DNA of 45,044 nucleotides from a virus (Duplodnaviria; Heunggongvirae; Uroviricota; Caudoviricetes): IMG/VR virus record IMGVR_UViG_2718217859_000007; one strand, 5' to 3'. Shown piece by piece: positions 36,475 to 45,044 of this stretch (position 1 is its first letter; each line of letters starts with the position of its first letter). The notes under the pieces were generated by a model. It saw only the letters and a program-made list of their open reading frames with translations, ran no database searches and was not told where the DNA came from. The position numbers and the translations under genes were made by a program.

Positions 36475-36900
36475 TCAATGCACAACCACAATATTTCCCG
36501 CCGGACCACCACGATTCATCTGATCGAACAGAACGATCGCTGATGCAACGAGCTCATCTATATCTTTCATCAGCCGATCCCGTCGCTCGACAAGCTCCCG
36601 GTGATATTCCGAACTGTGGCTGCGCATCCAGGCCACCAGCGGAGGTGGCATTGCCCTTTCGATCGCCGGTAACAACGCCTGAATTTTTTTAACCGCATCA
36701 GGGGTGTCTTTCTCCACCCAGCGGAAAATTTTCTGAGTATTGCGAGCCAGGGCTTCCGGATGGCTGTCGTCATACAGTTCAGGAAACGTCATACCCAACT
36801 CAAAATAAGCCTGGGTTATTCCAGCTGCTGGAACTTTTTCGCCATCAGGACGCGCCCAGGCATTCATCGCCATGCGGATGTGTTCATGCTTGATTTTCAT
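36475..36900 (-). CDS. YdaT-like protein (cII-position gene)
   Basis: 141 aa starting MKIKHEH, directly downstream of the cro-like gene, as ydaS-ydaT in Rac-type prophages. Confidence 0.55.
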   Translation of the reverse strand: MKIKHEHIRMAMNAWARPDGEKVPAAGITQAYFELGMTFPELYDDSHPEALARNTQKIFRWVEKDTPDAVKKIQALLPAIERAMPPPLVAWMRSHSSEYHRELVERRDRLMKDIDELVASAIVLFDQMNRGGPAGNIVVVH

Positions 36901-37159
36901 GAATCACCCCCGTCTCTGGTTGTGTGTTAGCCTGACACTCGACAGGTAAGCCGTCGGTTGGGTTGGGATAAGAAGTGCTATCAATCTCGTGCGGAGTTAC
37001 TATCCAGCCAGTTGCTTCACACCAACGTAAAATTTTTTCCCCCGTAAGTTTCGCCCGCCCGGTAATGACATGGCTTACCATCCCCTGGGTTACCCCAACA
37101 ATTTCAGCAAAATGTTTCTGAGTTATACCGGAATAACGCAAATATTCTCCAAGATTCAT
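36884..37159 (-). CDS. Cro-like HTH regulator (YdaS-like)
   Basis: 91 aa; HTH SGITQKHFAEIVGVTQGMVSHVI; divergent from repressor gene; GAGGTG Shine-Dalgarno. Confidence 0.7.
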   Translation of the reverse strand: MNLGEYLRYSGITQKHFAEIVGVTQGMVSHVITGRAKLTGEKILRWCEATGWIVTPHEIDSTSYPNPTDGLPVECQANTQPETGVIHENQA

Positions 37160-37184
37160 TGTTCACCTCATGTGATGTCATTAC

Positions 37185-37235
37185 GATCATTAATAGCATT
37201 GTTATTTTTGAAAGTAAATAGCACTACTATTTCAA
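37185..37235. promoter_or_regulatory. OR-like operator pair with divergent promoters
   Basis: Two 15-bp sites AATAGCATTGTTATT (37192-37206) and AATAGCACTACTATT (37217-37231), near-palindromes of AATAGCA-N-TGCTATT; candidate minus-strand -10 TATTAA. Confidence 0.55.
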
Positions 37236-37266
37236 AGAGATTAATAATCTTATTAGAATTGAAGGT

Positions 37267-37767
37267 ATGAAAAGAAAATCCCTGTCAGAGATCGACCTGC
37301 AAGCCGCCCAGAGACTAAAAGAAATCTGGACGGCGAAAAAAAATCAACTAGGGTTAACCCAAGAGCGTGCGGCAGAAATTCTGGGATTTTCGACACAGGG
37401 AGCTGTAAGCCATTATCTAAATGGTCAGACACCTTTAAATCTTGAGGCTGTTATCAAGTTCGCAGGGTTACTGCAAGTTCCTCCCGAGTCAATCAGACCA
37501 GATATGGCCGAGTTGTTACAAATTGTAAGGATGTATCCCCAAGAATCTGGGGAGGACAATGTTGTCACTATATCTGCCGATATGGAACAATCGGAAAACG
37601 AACTTCCGTTTAATATAGACCCCATGGAGCGGGATTTGCTCCAGACGTTCAGGGCTTTCCCCAAAGAAGATAAAGAGAAAATGCTTAAGGAAATGAAGGA
37701 GAAAAAAGAATCAATTGAAGAAATCGTTGCGCGATGGCTAGCTGCGCAAAAAAGTCGTCGCGCCTAA
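37267..37767 (+). CDS. CI-like repressor / PaaR2-like regulator (XRE-family HTH)
   Basis: 166 aa; N-terminal HTH LTQERAAEILGFSTQGAVSHYLNG; divergent from cro-like gene; first gene of operon with the PaaA2/ParE2-like pair. Confidence 0.75.
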   Translation: MKRKSLSEIDLQAAQRLKEIWTAKKNQLGLTQERAAEILGFSTQGAVSHYLNGQTPLNLEAVIKFAGLLQVPPESIRPDMAELLQIVRMYPQESGEDNVVTISADMEQSENELPFNIDPMERDLLQTFRAFPKEDKEKMLKEMKEKKESIEEIVARWLAAQKSRRA

Positions 37768-37784
37768 TCTGAGGAGGTCAAAAC

Positions 37785-37976
37785 ATGAGTACAGCCCTTT
37801 CCCCGATAATTTCTGAATTTGAAACGGTCGAACAAGAAAACAGCTATAACGAATGGTTGCGAGCCAAAGTGGCAGCAAGCCTCGCAGATCCCCGTCCTGC
37901 AATTCCGCATGATGAAGTAATGGCTGAAATGGAAAACCTTATTGCTCAATTAGCTGCAACGAACAGGAGTGAGTAA
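37785..37976 (+). CDS. paaA2: antitoxin PaaA2-like
   Basis: 63 aa MSTALSPIISEFETVEQENSYNEWLRAKVAASLADPRPAIPHDEV.. closely matches recalled PaaA2. Confidence 0.8.
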   Translation: MSTALSPIISEFETVEQENSYNEWLRAKVAASLADPRPAIPHDEVMAEMENLIAQLAATNRSE

Positions 37977-38266
37977 TGCTGCCCATTTTATGGCTACCTT
38001 CTGCACGTGAGGATTTACGTCAGATAGTAGCCTATATTGCTAAAGAAAACCCTCCCGCTGCACGTAGACTAAAAATACGCATTGAAACATCAGTTTTGTC
38101 ACTTACTGAACACCCTTATCTGTACCCACCGAGCGAAAGAGTTCCAAGTCTTCGAGAAATAGTGACTCATCCTAACTACATAATACTTTACCGAGTAACA
38201 ACATCTAACATCGAGATCGTAAATGTAGTTCACTCACGAAGGCAGTATCCAAACAAAAGCTGTTAA
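37976..38266 (+). CDS. parE2: ParE-family toxin (ParE2-like)
   Basis: 96 aa; ParE/RelE-type N-terminus LPILWLPSAREDLRQIVAYIAKENP; start overlaps antitoxin stop. Confidence 0.8.
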   Translation: MLPILWLPSAREDLRQIVAYIAKENPPAARRLKIRIETSVLSLTEHPYLYPPSERVPSLREIVTHPNYIILYRVTTSNIEIVNVVHSRRQYPNKSC

Positions 38267-38277
38267 TCATTTCTGTC

Positions 38278-38303
38278 AAAAACCACCTTCGGGTGGTTTT
38301 TTT
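38278..38303 (+). terminator. rho-independent terminator after repressor-TA operon
   Basis: AAAAACCACC-TTCG-GGTGGTTTTTTT. Confidence 0.8.
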
Positions 38304-38314
38304 CTTGCTGCAAT

Positions 38315-38356
38315 AATAGCATTGCTATTTACATGATTAAATAGCAGTGGTATTGT
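38315..38356 (+). promoter_or_regulatory. OL-like operator pair overlapping PL-like promoter
   Basis: Perfect palindrome AATAGCATTGCTATT (38315-38329) and AATAGCAGTGGTATT (38340-38354); -35 TTTACA, 17-nt spacer, extended -10 TGgTATTGT. Confidence 0.55.
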
Positions 38357-38454
38357 TTATGCATCAGCCCACCCCGTCCCACAGAACGCAGGGCAATACT
38401 TCGAGTTACCAGGCAGTGGTCAGGGGGTAAGTAGCCAGCCCGAGGCGTAAGAAC

Positions 38455-38688
38455 ATGACGGCAGGGTTCAACTTTAACTATGCAGCAGGTTTTTGTTCCG
38501 CTACCCCGGCGTTAAGGGGAAATGAGGTCAACATGGATACTATCGATCTTGGCAACAACGAATCTCTGGTATACGGCGTGTTTCCCAACCATGACGGAAC
38601 GTTCACCGCGATGACGTATACCAAAAGCAAAACGTTTAAAACCGAAACTGGCGCACGTCGCTGGCTGGAAAGAAATTCAGGTGAGTGA
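38455..38688 (+). CDS. hypothetical early protein
   Basis: First ORF downstream of PL-like promoter; start may be the internal MDTIDLG. Confidence 0.4.
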   Translation: MTAGFNFNYAAGFCSATPALRGNEVNMDTIDLGNNESLVYGVFPNHDGTFTAMTYTKSKTFKTETGARRWLERNSGE

Positions 38689-38829
38689 TATGGATTTCGA
38701 CGCAATCATGAAAAAGGCTTACGAAGAATACTTCGAAGGCCTTGCCGAAGGCGAAGAAGCTCTCAGCTTCGGTGAGTTTAAACAGGCGCTTTCCAGTTCG
38801 ACAAAATCTATCGACTAACGGGGTTAAAG

Positions 38830-39468
38830 ATGGAATTTAAAGATTTACCAAAAGAAATCCAGGAAATTGCAGCACATGCACTTCACCAACGTCTGAATGA
38901 AGTTGAATTAGAATCTGCAACGAAGAAAGACATTGATAATATGGCTCGTAATGTGCGCGATGCGTTTACCGGATTGTATTTCTGTGCGTCTGTAAATAAA
39001 CACGACTCAGAGAGTGTGGCAAAGAAAATTGCAGAAACGACAGCACAAAACATCAATACGAAACCAACGGAAGAAGAAATTGACCAGTTTACCCGTGATG
39101 CTGGCTTAAAATGCAGGAAAGAAAAATCGCCATATGCGGGGAATATGTTTATTTATGACAACCTTATCCGAATTCGTGGCGAAATTCCAACTGAATACCT
39201 GGCAAGAATTCACCAGGCATTACTTAAAAATCTGGAAACGGAAGTATTTGATGGCAATACCAACGGCTCCTTCGTGGTGTCAACTCTCGCAAAAGAGTGG
39301 GATACAGATAATCGCTGGAATGTTGCCACATGGTTATTCAGCAACAAAGCTGCTGCCCTGGAAGCTGCGGCCTGTATTTGCGACCTGCTAAGGACAGACC
39401 GCAAATACAACCTGGATGTGTATAGCTATATTTATGCTGAACACTATCCGCTATGGATTAACTGGTAA
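38830..39468 (+). CDS. hypothetical protein (AT-rich early-region cargo)
   Basis: 212 aa, AT-rich codon usage, no family recognised. Confidence 0.5.
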   Translation: MEFKDLPKEIQEIAAHALHQRLNEVELESATKKDIDNMARNVRDAFTGLYFCASVNKHDSESVAKKIAETTAQNINTKPTEEEIDQFTRDAGLKCRKEKSPYAGNMFIYDNLIRIRGEIPTEYLARIHQALLKNLETEVFDGNTNGSFVVSTLAKEWDTDNRWNVATWLFSNKAAALEAAACICDLLRTDRKYNLDVYSYIYAEHYPLWINW

Positions 39469-39678
39469 TTACAAAGCTGCACCAGCAGGGCCACGGCGAC
39501 CAGCGCCACGATTGTAATCAATGATGCCATTATAAAGCGCATTATTTAATTTATCGTCGAATGCCGATTCTGTGAGCCCTAGCTCTGAATGAGTTTTTAA
39601 TAACCCTGATTGCCTGAGTTGATTAACCAGGTATTCAATCTGTTTTTCAATAAGCGGATGTATTGGCTTGTTTGGCAT
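39469..39678 (-). CDS. hypothetical small protein
   Basis: Start set at MPNKPIHP (ATG 39678) with GGAGGA 7 nt upstream; antisense to the early-left operon. Confidence 0.4.
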   Translation of the reverse strand: MPNKPIHPLIEKQIEYLVNQLRQSGLLKTHSELGLTESAFDDKLNNALYNGIIDYNRGAGRRGPAGAAL

Positions 39679-40041
39679 TTTATCCTCCATTGAAGTTACT
39701 GGTTGAGAATGGAGACCACACGTGACAGCGTGTTGTCGTGCGCCGGACACGGATAAGAATCCGGCACTGACAGTTTACTGAAAGGATATATCCCTGAAAA
39801 GTCAGGGCACAACACGAAAGCGCACAGCGAAGTCACTTCTCCCTCTGTTGCGTGCCACCGGCATCTTCGTCCGTGCGCTTTCGGTTGTGGCAATCCGCGA
39901 AATGGCGCGGCGGTAAGTATGGCAGGTGGTACTATTCTCCCCACCTGTGGAACACCGGGTTGTCAGGTTGACCATACGCTTAAGTGACAACCCCGCCATA
40001 ACTCATACTGCTATAGATATATGGGGTCTAACCGGAGGAAA

Positions 40042-40264
40042 AATGATAGTTCAATGCACAGACGGGAATAATAAGCTGCTCTGGTCATACGATACCGTCA
40101 GCCAGAAACACATAATGAATATGACTTTTATAAAGGACGGTACTCAACAAAAAATCATTACCGCCCTTGCAAGTGCATTAACTCAGGCGACAAGCCAAAT
40201 TCTGCTATCTGATAACGTTAATGGAGTATCTGATATTGGCTCGATGACCGGGAGGGAGAGCTAA
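40042..40264 (+). CDS. hypothetical small protein
   Basis: GGAGGAAAAATG start context; product MIVQCTDGNNKLLW.. (73 aa). Confidence 0.4.
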
Positions 40265-40468
40265 TACAACATTCCAGTAACCCGAGTGGGGCACGGTAAT
40301 ATTGGCAGGGAATCGTTCATAGAAACCGCCGTAATAGGTAAAACGCCCGCCCCGCTTGAAAGCTTGGTAATTTGAATCATCCATTAATAAAACATTAATC
40401 TGGTGTGAACATTGAACCCTGACAAGGTCACCATCATTCATGTGTTCACGACTATGTATATGGGACAT
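40205..40468 (-). CDS. hypothetical protein
   Basis: AGGAG 5 nt upstream of MSHIHSREH start; 87 aa; 3' end overlaps convergent plus-strand ORF by 60 bp. Confidence 0.5.
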   Translation of the reverse strand: MSHIHSREHMNDGDLVRVQCSHQINVLLMDDSNYQAFKRGGRFTYYGGFYERFPANITVPHSGYWNVVLALPPGHRANIRYSINVIR

Positions 40469-40682
40469 AAACACTCCTTTTTACTGTGGAAAGCTAAATT
40501 ATATCACAGTCTATGAAGTAAAAAGTGAATTTTGTGATGCGGTGAATGCGGCTTAGCGCACGCGGAACAGTTAAAACAAGCGACCTTATGGGTGAAATAC
40601 TCCGGCGTTAATTGTTAACTGGTTAACGTCACCTGGAGGCACCAGGCACCGCATCACAAAATTCATTGTTGAGGACGCGATA

Positions 40683-40871
40683 ATGGAAACATTATTACCA
40701 AACGTCAATACGTCTGAAGGTTGTTTTGAAATTGGTGTCAGAATCAGTAACCCTGTCTTTACTGAAGATGCCATTAATAAGAGAAAACACGAACGGGAGC
40801 TATTAAATCAAATATGCATTGTTTCAATGCTGGCCCGTTTACGTCTGATGCAAAAAGGATACTGGCAATGA
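40683..40871 (+). CDS. hypothetical small protein (Kil-position)
   Basis: 62 aa ORF; stop overlaps next start (ATGA). Confidence 0.35.
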   Translation: METLLPNVNTSEGCFEIGVRISNPVFTEDAINKRKHERELLNQICIVSMLARLRLMQKGYWQ

Positions 40872-41071
40872 ATACAGCAACTGCACTCGTTCTGACAGTT
40901 TTTCTTAATACGGGCGAGCCTGTTGATCTGGTTATTGACATTTACGGTTCAATGAAAGAATGCATGGCTGCCGCAGCGGAACAGAAAATTCCCGGCAACT
41001 GTTATCCGGTTGATAAAGTTATTCGCATGGACAATAACGAAATCCCGGCAGGACTTAAAACAGCACCGTAA
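40868..41071 (+). CDS. hypothetical small protein with N-terminal hydrophobic segment
   Basis: MNTATALVLTVFLNTGEP.. (67 aa), translationally coupled to upstream ORF. Confidence 0.4.
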   Translation: MNTATALVLTVFLNTGEPVDLVIDIYGSMKECMAAAAEQKIPGNCYPVDKVIRMDNNEIPAGLKTAP

Positions 41072-41151
41072 TTAATATCCGGTTTCATTTTTATATGCCA
41101 GCAATGGCAGGGATTTGTTCACCCTTAAATCTGTAATGAGGTTAAAACAAA

Positions 41152-43623
41152 ATGAGTAAAGTCTTTATTTGCGCCGCCATTCCGGACGAACAGGCAATAA
41201 AGGAAGAAGGTGCAGTTGCTGTAGCCACTGCCATCGAAGCCGGTGACGAACGCCGCGCCCGTGCCAAATTTACCTGGCAATTCCTGGAGCAATATCCGGC
41301 TGCTCAGGACTGCGCTTATAAATTTCTTGTCTGCGAAGATAAACCCGGCATGCCCCGCCCTGCCATCGACTCCTGGGATACCGAATATATGCTGGAAAAC
41401 CGCTGGGATGAGGAATCCGCTTCCTTTGTTCCGGTCGAACCAGAATCCGATCCGATGAACGTCAATTTTGACAAGCTGTCCCTTGAAGTACAGAACGCGG
41501 TCCTGGTTAAGTTCGGTACATGTGAAAACATCACCGTTGATATGGTGATTAGTGCACAGGAATTGTTGCAGGAGGACATGGCAACATTCGACGGACATAT
41601 CGTTGAAGCGTTGATGAAAATGCCAGAAGTTAACGCCATGTATCCGGAGCTTAAGCTGCATGCCATCGGGTGGGTTAAGCATAAATGTAAGCCTGGTGCC
41701 AAATGGCCCGAAATTCAGGCAGAGATGCGCATCTGGAAAAAACGTCGCGAAGGTGAACGCAAGGAAACCGGAAAATACACGTCTGTTGTTGATCTCGCCC
41801 GCGCCAGAGTCAATCAACAGCACACTGAAAATTCAACAGGAAAAATCAGCCTGGTCATTGCTGCCATTCATCGCGAATACAAGCAGACATGGAAAACACT
41901 GGATGACGAACTGGCCTACGCTCTCTGGCCTGGTGATGTGGATGCCGGAAACATTGACGGCAGCATCCATCGCTGGGCAAAAAATGAAGTTATCGACAAC
42001 GACCGCGAAGACTGGAAGCGTATCTCGGCATCAATGCGCAAACAGCCTGATGCCCTTCGCTACGACCGCCAGACTATTTTTGGCCTTGTCCGTGAACGTC
42101 CGATCGACATTCACAAAGACCCTGTGGCACTGAACAAATACATTACTGAATACCTGACTACAAAGGGCGTGTTTGAAGATGAAGGAAGAAATCAGAGCGC
42201 AACTGATACTCTCTCGTCGCCAGTACCAGAAACTGATGCAGTGGAAACGGCAATTCCGGACAACGAAAAAACCGAATGCAAAGTGGAAGTCGAACCATCT
42301 GTAGAGCGTGAGGGGCCGTTCTACTTCCTCTTCACCGACAAGGATGGCGAAAAATACGGTCGCGCAAACAAACTTTCTGGTCTGGATAAGGCACTGGCTG
42401 CCGGGGCTACTGAAATCACGAAAGAAGAATATTTCGCCCGCAAAAACAGTACATACTCAGGTTCACAACAAAATACTGGTGCATCTGACACGACCGCACA
42501 ACCAGAGCCGGTAAAAGTTACCGCTGACGAAGTAAACAAAATTATGCAGGCAGCCAATATCAGCCAGCCTGACGCCGATAAGTTGCTTGCTGCCTCTCGC
42601 GGAGAATTTGTTGCAGGGATTAGCGACCCTAATGATCCGAAATGGGTTAAGGGGATCCAGACCCGCGATTCTGTAAACCAGAACCAGCATGAATCGGAAC
42701 GGAACTACCAAAAAGCGGAACAAAACAGCCCAAATGCGTTACAAAACGAGCCAGAAACGAAACAGCCTGAACCAGTGGCGCAACAGGAAGTGGAAAAAGT
42801 CTGCACCGCCTGCGGTCAGACCGGCGGCGGCAACTGCCCTGATTGTGGCGCGGTGATGGGCGACGCAACATACCAGGAAACATTCGATGAAGAGTATCAG
42901 GTTGAAGTTCAGGAAGATGATCCGGAGAAAATGGAAGGCGCTGAACATCCACACAAGGAGAACACTGGCGGCAATCAGCATCACGATAGCGATAATGAAA
43001 CTGGCGAGACGGCAGATCACTCAATTAAGGTGAACGGTCATCAAGAAATCACATCCACCAGCAGGACGTGTGACCATCTAATGATCGACCTTGAAACCAT
43101 GGGAAAAAATCCTGATGCCCCGATCATCTCAATAGGTGCAATATTTTTCGATCCGCAAACCGGAGATATGGGACCGGAATTTAGTAAGACTATCGATCTG
43201 GAAACTGCTGGCGGAGTCATTGATCGGGACACCATTAAATGGTGGCTTAAGCAATCACGCGAAGCGCAATCTGCCATTATGACCGATGAAATCCCGTTAG
43301 ATGATGCACTGTTACAATTGCGGGAATTTATCGACGAAAACTCCGGTGAATTTTTTGTTCAGGTCTGGGGAAATGGAGCCAACTTCGACAACACGATTTT
43401 GCGCCGTTCATACGAACGGCAGGGGATCCCCTGCCCGTGGCGTTACTACAACGATCGCGATGTACGCACAATCGTTGAGCTGGGGAAAGCCATAGACTTC
43501 GATGCCAGAACTGCTATCCCATTCGAAGGTGAGCGCCATAATGCACTTGATGACGCTCGTTACCAGGCAAAATACGTTTCAGCTATCTGGCAAAAACTGA
43601 TCCCGAGTCAGGCTGATTTTTAA
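41152..43623 (+). CDS. large early protein with C-terminal DEDDh (DnaQ-like) 3'-5' exonuclease domain
   Basis: 823 aa; C-terminal motifs IDLETMG (Exo I), VWGNGANFDNTIL (Exo II), HNALDDARYQAKY (Exo III); internal CTACGQTGGGNCPDCG zinc ribbon; occupies exo/recE position. Confidence 0.65.
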   Translation: MSKVFICAAIPDEQAIKEEGAVAVATAIEAGDERRARAKFTWQFLEQYPAAQDCAYKFLVCEDKPGMPRPAIDSWDTEYMLENRWDEESASFVPVEPESDPMNVNFDKLSLEVQNAVLVKFGTCENITVDMVISAQELLQEDMATFDGHIVEALMKMPEVNAMYPELKLHAIGWVKHKCKPGAKWPEIQAEMRIWKKRREGERKETGKYTSVVDLARARVNQQHTENSTGKISLVIAAIHREYKQTWKTLDDELAYALWPGDVDAGNIDGSIHRWAKNEVIDNDREDWKRISASMRKQPDALRYDRQTIFGLVRERPIDIHKDPVALNKYITEYLTTKGVFEDEGRNQSATDTLSSPVPETDAVETAIPDNEKTECKVEVEPSVEREGPFYFLFTDKDGEKYGRANKLSGLDKALAAGATEITKEEYFARKNSTYSGSQQNTGASDTTAQPEPVKVTADEVNKIMQAANISQPDADKLLAASRGEFVAGISDPNDPKWVKGIQTRDSVNQNQHESERNYQKAEQNSPNALQNEPETKQPEPVAQQEVEKVCTACGQTGGGNCPDCGAVMGDATYQETFDEEYQVEVQEDDPEKMEGAEHPHKENTGGNQHHDSDNETGETADHSIKVNGHQEITSTSRTCDHLMIDLETMGKNPDAPIISIGAIFFDPQTGDMGPEFSKTIDLETAGGVIDRDTIKWWLKQSREAQSAIMTDEIPLDDALLQLREFIDENSGEFFVQVWGNGANFDNTILRRSYERQGIPCPWRYYNDRDVRTIVELGKAIDFDARTAIPFEGERHNALDDARYQAKYVSAIWQKLIPSQADF

Positions 43624-43687
43624 TGTTCAACCCCGGTCGTCGCCCACCAGCTATAGTGGCGGCGACCATGATTAGCGAACGACGCTC

Positions 43688-43936
43688 ATGGCAAGACTTA
43701 TTCTGCTCACTGAGTGGGCAAAAGAGGAATTCAGCGATCCGGTCCCTACTCCGGGCACGTTAAGTAAATACGCTAAAGCCGGAATGATATTTCCTCTCCC
43801 CAAAAAAGTTGGAAGACACTGGCGAGTGGATCCGCGAGCTCGCTTTGTCGGAATGGTAAACAAGCCGGAGGTGATCGCCACAGATCATCCTGCTTTGAAG
43901 AGGATACTGGAAGATGGCGCGCCCGCGAAAATATAA
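43688..43936 (+). CDS. xis: excisionase-like protein
   Basis: 82 aa directly upstream of and overlapping int; LTEWAKEEF..MIFPLPKKVGRHWRV resembles Xis-type winged helix. Confidence 0.65.
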   Translation: MARLILLTEWAKEEFSDPVPTPGTLSKYAKAGMIFPLPKKVGRHWRVDPRARFVGMVNKPEVIATDHPALKRILEDGAPAKI

Positions 43937-45044
43937 AACCGATGTTCCGGGATTATCTCCATATTTTGACAAAAGAAATAACAAAGTTTACTGGCGTTAC
44001 AGGCATCCCATAACAGGCAAAAATCACGGTCTCGGCAGTATTGACCAGAAACTGGCAGAAACTATTGCAGCAGAAGCGAACAGCCGTCTTGCCAGGCAGC
44101 AAATGGAACAAATGCTCAGTCTGCAGGAGAAAATTATTAATGATACCGGCGGTTCATCAACTGTTTCCATTTTTCTGAATAATTACAGAAAAATTCAACA
44201 GGAAAGATATGAAAACGGAGAGATCAAACTCAACACGCTGAAACAAAAAGCGGCCCCTCTCAGGGTATTTGATGAACGTTTTGGCACCAGACCGTTAGAT
44301 GCCATAACCGTAAAAGATGTGGTATCGGTGCTGGAAGAGTACAAGGCCAGAGGACATAACAGAATGGGACAAATTTTCAGGAAGGTTCTGATCGATGTTT
44401 TCCGGGAAGCTCAGCAAACGGGCGATGTACCGCCAGGCTTTAACCCTGCAGAATCGGCAAAAAAACCGCAGGTGCGGATATCAAGACAGCGACTGACTTT
44501 TGATGAGTGGATGATGATTTATAACGCAGCGGAAAAGGATGGTTACTTTTTACAGCGCGGCATGCTGCTGGCACTGGTGACAGGCCAGCGCCTTTCAGAT
44601 ATTTGCAAAATGCAATTTTCGGATATCCGGGATGGTTATCTTCATGTCGAACAGCAAAAAACAGGAACCCGGATTGCCATCCCTCTGGCTCTGCGTTGCG
44701 ATAAATTAAATCTCACCCTGGATGATGTGGTGTCATCCTGTCGCGATTGCGTTCTTAGTCCGTGGCTATTGCACCATCATCACGCGAAAGGGACAGCTAA
44801 GCGCGGCGGGATGGTTAAGCCAGCAACGTTAACCGTTGCATTTAAAAAAGCGCGGGATTCTGTGGATTACAACTGGCGTGCTAATGGCACCCCACCCTCT
44901 TTCCATGAGCAGAGATCTTTATCGGAGCGATTGTTCAGAGAGCAGGGAATTGATACCCAAATTTTGCTGGGTCATTCGAATCAAAAAATGACCGATATTT
45001 ACAACGATGCACGCGGTAAGGAGTGGAAAAAACTGATCATTTGA
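43914..45044 (+). CDS. int: tyrosine integrase (lambda Int family)
   Basis: 376 aa complete ORF ending at last base of window; arm-binding-type N-terminus and C-terminal catalytic region (..LLGHSNQKMTDIY..). Confidence 0.85.
   Translation: MARPRKYKTDVPGLSPYFDKRNNKVYWRYRHPITGKNHGLGSIDQKLAETIAAEANSRLARQQMEQMLSLQEKIINDTGGSSTVSIFLNNYRKIQQERYENGEIKLNTLKQKAAPLRVFDERFGTRPLDAITVKDVVSVLEEYKARGHNRMGQIFRKVLIDVFREAQQTGDVPPGFNPAESAKKPQVRISRQRLTFDEWMMIYNAAEKDGYFLQRGMLLALVTGQRLSDICKMQFSDIRDGYLHVEQQKTGTRIAIPLALRCDKLNLTLDDVVSSCRDCVLSPWLLHHHHAKGTAKRGGMVKPATLTVAFKKARDSVDYNWRANGTPPSFHEQRSLSERLFREQGIDTQILLGHSNQKMTDIYNDARGKEWKKLII

Noticed and set aside
39696-39999. Minus-strand ORFs of 82 aa and 65 aa across the structured intergenic region
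   Set aside because: Cys/Arg/Pro-rich implausible products without ribosome binding sites; the region is better explained as structured non-coding DNA/RNA.

Overview
The window is essentially one ~45 kb mosaic lambdoid prophage of an enterobacterium (E. coli-like), read almost entirely from the sequence and ORF track; all homology calls are from recall of protein families, not from a database search. The late operon runs on the minus strand: Q antiterminator, pR'/tR', a cargo region with two tRNAs, a phage-21-type lysis cassette (pinholin, SAR endolysin, Rz/Rz1), a cos site, lambda-like packaging and head genes (Nu1, A, W, B, C/Nu3, D, E, FI, FII), then a P2-like contractile tail module (V, W, J, I, H, G, sheath, tube, E/E', tape measure, U, X, D) followed by a lambda-type side tail fiber and Tfa. 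The early-right operon (minus strand) carries YdaS/YdaT-like cro-position genes, O/P-like replication genes with iteron clusters, a nin-like region with a hok toxin, two small methyltransferase genes (one truncated), a DUF968 protein and RusA. The immunity region has a CI-like repressor co-transcribed with a PaaA2/ParE2-like toxin-antitoxin pair, flanked by four copies of a 15-bp operator palindrome. The plus-strand early-left operon ends in a large DEDDh-exonuclease protein, excisionase and integrase. The most interesting material is accessory cargo: a multi-pass membrane protein bracketed by a duplicated tR'-like element at the Q-S locus, a TerB-like gene coupled to a tiny membrane ORF, an Ais/PmrG-like LPS phosphatase gene, a frameshifted terminase large subunit, and a stem-loop-rich intergenic region.
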